Below, in pieces: positions 59,445 to 64,000 of a DNA stretch of 64,000 bases. Each line of letters begins with the position of its first letter. Position 1 is the stretch's first letter. Position numbers and translations under genes: made by a program. A model generated the notes under the pieces. It ran no database searches. It was not told the origin of the DNA and saw only the letters and a list, made by a program, of their open reading frames with translations. The stretch comes from Neocallimastix sp. 'constans' (taxonomy: Eukaryota): contig JBODTK010000122.1 in NCBI GenBank assembly GCA_050613775.1, forward strand, positions 1 through 64,000, given 5' to 3'.

Positions 59445-60235
59445 GATGGATCTTCGTAATTTATCGGTTTAACAAAGTTAATGGGTTTTACAACAAAAAT
59501 AGTACACTTATTAATTCCAAAAGGTCATTTCCTTTTTAATAGCCCATTCATAAACCTTATTCAAAATTTTCTTAAGAGCTTGTTTAGATGGAGCAACTAA
59601 AACAATATCATCAGCAAAATGTTCACCACAACAATATTGAGAATCTAAATATACACCGTACTTATCACAATTATCCAGTACATCATTAATGAACAAATTG
59701 AATAAAATAGGAAATAGAGGGCATCCTTGTCTAACACTACGATGAATCGAAAATTCTTCTGAGAGATTACCATTAAAAAAAAAAACACGAGCTTTAGAGG
59801 ATAGATAAAGGTTCCTTAAAAACAGATGACATTTACCTCTAATTCTTAAGTTGTATAATTTGGTCAAAAATATTAAAGATAGGTACTGAATCATAGGCTT
59901 TTTTAAGATCAAAAAAAGCGAGATAAGTAAAATTTCCTTGAAATTTTCTTCTTTGACAAATTTCTCTAATTGAAATATATAAACTTATGTATTCTTCTTT
60001 ATTTCTAAATCCAAATTGTTTAGGTCTTGCAAATTTATGTTCAAAGGCATATTTAGCAATTCTATTAGTAACAGTCTTTAAAATGATTTTTAAGCCAACA
60101 ATAATAAGAGAAATACCACGATAATTATTGCAATCTGAAAGATCTCCTTTTTTGGAATTGATATTATAGAAGCCGAATTCCACTCTTCAGGGAAATCACC
60201 ATCCCAGATTTTGTTAAATAATGAAAGTAAACAGT
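59445..60235 (-). mobile_element. Degenerate LINE RT fragment
   Basis: KIWDGDFPEEWNS, KKGDLSDCNNYRGISL, FFDLKKAYDSVP, SVRQGCPLFP, HFADD; frameshifts present. Confidence 0.9.
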
Positions 60236-60239
60236 AGTA

Positions 60240-60516
60240 TTAGTGTTATCTAACGAATCTGTATCTATGCCTTATCATTTCGACGTCGACGCTCTTGGCA
60301 ACGGTAGATTCTACGGAATACCATTTCATCAGCAATCTAAAAGATCGACAAATTAAAGGTATTACGTTTGTTAAAAACTCCGCATTCCCCACAAAATACG
60401 GAACAATTGATGAAGTTGAACTTTGCTTAAAAATATTGCCAACTAATGGTCTTTGTTCCCTATCATTAACTTTAATTTTTTCATATTTTGAACACCCGCC
60501 AAGAAGAGCACTCAAT
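60240..60516 (-). mobile_element. 3'-end ORF fragment of a third LINE family (C)
   Basis: LLGG...FVGNAEFLTNVIP...KSVDVEMIRH is homologous to the C-termini of families A and B. Confidence 0.85.
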
Positions 60517-63208
60517 ATTTTTTTTTTTTTTTTTTTTTTTTTAGACAGGAAAGAGAATACACTTCCAAAACTTTATTAAATTTTATTTTAAAAAATACAT
60601 GTAGGTGAAAAGTACATTTGAAATTAAAAATAAAAAAATAAAAAAAAAAAAAATAAAAAAGCTCGAAAATACTATGTATTTCGGCAAGTTGTACTATGCG
60701 GGAATTTTTCCCTTCCTATCAAATAAAAAAGAAATAAAACCTAGAAGTAACATCTTTAAAATAGATAGTGTGGTGTCCACTAAACTCTCCCCGGACTCAT
60801 CATTTATTGAACTACTAGGGAGAGATTCATCCTTCGTAGCAATAGATGACGATCCTGTATTATCATTATGCCTTATCAGTACGACGTCGACGCTCTTGGA
60901 TAAGTTTGATATTTTGCAATACCTATCAAATAATAGCTCAAACGAACTACTAATGATAGGTATTACACTTGTTAAGAATTCCGCCAAGCCCACAATTTTT
61001 GGAACAGGTGACTCAGATGAACCTTTGAAAAGTAGTTCATTCAATTGTCTCTGTTCCCCACTATCGAAAATGTAGCTCATTTAAAACTAAAGACCCACCA
61101 AGAAGGAACAAGTATATATAATGATTGATATAATCTTCAAAATTAGAAATAGAGTCATAGGAAGAAAGAGGATTAAACACTCTAACCTTCCTAAGGAATA
61201 AAACATAGAGATCATCGATGAAATTTAAAGAATTCCATCTAAAAGATGCAAGAGAATCGCATTTAAAAATCCAATGTTCAAAAGATTGTTTACCTTTGCC
61301 ACAACAGGGGCAAGACTTGGGACAATCTTCCGAAACTCTACCCATTCTAATAGCAATAGTAGTATTGTATTTATAACCACAGCGTAAACGAATAATCCAC
61401 GAAAACCCTAAGTTGAAATGGGGATACTTTAAGCTAAGCATAATTATAGCTTTATTGTTTGAGAACTTATTACAATCGTAATTTTGACCTTTAATACCTT
61501 GAAATTTGGCAGCTGATTTCCAGTAATGTTCTAAAATATCGTCATATTTTTCACATTTATATTTTTTGATTTTTTTATACAATGTTCTAGATTCTTTAGT
61601 CCAGGAATAATAAGGCATTTTGGGAATAGATTTAATAAGATCCTTTATAATACAGTTTGATTTACTCCATTTTGCAAAAGATTTAATCTGTAAGGCTGCG
61701 CAGACACCAGCAATAGGAGGAATGCTTAGATCTCGAGATAAAGCATAAGTACTCATAGTAGAATTATGTCTAATATAGTCATTGTCTTCTGAACTTGTTT
61801 TACCATTTTTAGAGAAGGAGCCGATACACCAAAATAGACCAGTATTAATTAATGTTTGAATTCTGGCCGTTCTGGATTTGTTTGAACCAAGTAAAGGAGA
61901 ATAATAAATTACTTTACTAATAACAAAGGATTGAAGAACTTTTTTCTTGTATGCAATAGGGATAAGTTTATTTGAGAAGAAATGTGTAAATGAAAGAAAG
62001 GATTTTCTAACTTTAAAATGCATGTGAGATATAATGTGTTCTAGTAAGAGATCATCAGAAAAAGGAATACCAAGATAAATATAACTAGAAACTTTAGGAA
62101 TAGCATTCATTCCTAAATAGAAGGTTGGGTCACTATAGTTTGGAGGAGATTGGAAGTTCATTGGTTTTATAACCATAGTTGCACATTTTTCAATACCAAA
62201 AGTCATTTCATTTAAATTAGCCCATTTATGTACCTTTTTTAGTAATTTTTCTAAATTTTTTGCACTTGGAGCAATTAGAACAACATCATCAGCAAAGAGT
62301 CCACCACAACACTTTTTTCTTCCAATATTAACACCATACTTTTCACAGTCATTTAGTATATCATTGATGAATAAATTGAATAAAATTGGAGATAATGGAC
62401 AACCTTGACGAACACCTCTTTTAATAGGAAATTCATTTGATAACATTGAAGCAAATCGAGCACGAGCTTTAGATGAAGTATATAAATTACAAAGAAAATC
62501 AAAACATCTACCACGTACGCCATAATGATATAATTTAGTAAGAATGTTAAAAATATGAACTGAATCATAAGCTTTTTTAAGATCTAAAAAGGCTAAATAT
62601 GTGAATTTTCCTTGAAATTTTCTTCTTTGGCATATTTCTCTAACGGAAATGAACAAACTAATGCATTCTTCACGGTTGCGAAAGCCAAATTGTTCAGGTC
62701 TAATGAAATTGTGTGAGAGTGCGTAAGAAGATATTCTATCTGTTACAATTTTCAGTCCAACATTAATGAGAGAAATACCTCGATAATTACTACAATCTGA
62801 TAGGTCGCCTTTCTTAGGGATTGATACAATAGAAGCTGAGTTCCATTTTTTAGGAAAAGACCCATTCCATATTTTATTAAAAATCAATTTAAGACACTTT
62901 CCAGCAGCAGGATGTGTTTCTAGTAATTCTTCATTGCAAAACAGAGCTTTGTAGAATTCAATCGGGATACCATCGGGGCCGGGTGCTTTGTTGTTTTTCA
63001 TAGATGAAATTGTTTTTTTAATATCGTCAACCGTAATGGGATCGTTGATATTCCAGGTAGAGGATCTAAGACTAATATTCCTTAAAGCATGGATCCAGAA
63101 GTTACGATTAAGGCTGTGACCTGAGGGATCAGAAGCTAGATCTTTATAATATTCAGCCCATCTATCTAATTGTTTAGTAGGAGAGATAATATCTTGACCA
63201 AATTTAGA
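60517..63208 (-). mobile_element. 5'-truncated LINE family A copy: complete RT, C-terminal CCHC domain, 3' UTR and poly(A); 1-nt frameshift near 61067
   Basis: ORF 61061-63001 extends upstream in frame to ~63208 (KQLDRWAEYYKDLASDPSGHSLN); continues as 60694-61080; poly(T) 60517-60542. Confidence 0.95.
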
Positions 63209-64000
63209 TTATTTAATTACACAATAATTAATAAATTATTATACGAAAATAATAAATAATTTACTAGACAAAAAAGATAATTATATAAAATTGGAAAATA
63301 AAAAAAGTATATATATATTTTTTTTATTTTTTTATATATAAATAATTAAAAATTTTTAAAAAAATTTTATTGATGATATTAATAAAAAAAAAAAAAAAAT
63401 TGAATAAATAAATTTATTTGATAAATAATATTATACTTTTTTTTTTTTTTTTTTTTTTTTTTAATAAATATATTTAAATATTTAAACAAGTTTTTAATTT
63501 AAAATTAAAATACATTTAATATGATAAAAAAATTTACTTAAATATATCAATGAAATTTTTATGATTGTTTTTTTTTTTTTTTTTGTTTTACTTTAATTTT
63601 TTTTTTTTTTCATTTTCTAATTTTCTTATTTTATTTTATTATTATTATTTTTATTAAATAAAAAAAATAAAATAATAAATAATAATTAAAATAAAATAAT
63701 TAATTCTTTCTTAAATAATTATAAAAATTATTTAATTTTAAGAATTTTTTTTTTATTGCATTTATATTTTTATTTTTATATATTTAATGTCAAATATCTC
63801 CTTTAAATAAAATTTAAAGGAAAGTCTGAAATATTTTTTTTCTTTTAAGTTTAGAAAATTTTGTCTTAATATTTTAAATATTATTACTTGTTTTATTTTA
63901 ATTACGTTTAATTATTTATAATTATAAAATAAAAAAAAAAAAAAGTAGATAAAAAATTATATTTTTTTCTTTTAATTTTTCTAATTATAAAAAAAAAATT

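Overview
Very AT-rich eukaryotic DNA, almost certainly from an anaerobic gut fungus (Neocallimastigomycota, Neocallimastix-like). The main evidence is the hydrogenosomal malic enzyme gene, a solute-binding-protein/7TM receptor gene and AT-rich GT-AG introns. The window contains about 7 host genes, a decayed MFS sugar-porter pseudogene, two clusters of non-LTR (APE-RT-CCHC) retrotransposons from at least 4 families (one nearly intact) and three arrays of an unusual composite satellite (fixed ~32-bp core plus variable-length (TAAAA)n). The most notable observation is a candidate cis-acting RNA element embedded in the 3' end of the ORF in three divergent LINE families: a covarying ~50-60-nt hairpin followed by a near-invariant CpG-rich palindromic 30-mer. 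The second is a spliced gene that fuses a scaffoldin-like Cys-rich extracellular module to a choline-transporter-like (CTL/Pns1) domain. All gene models, pairings and identity estimates were made by eye.
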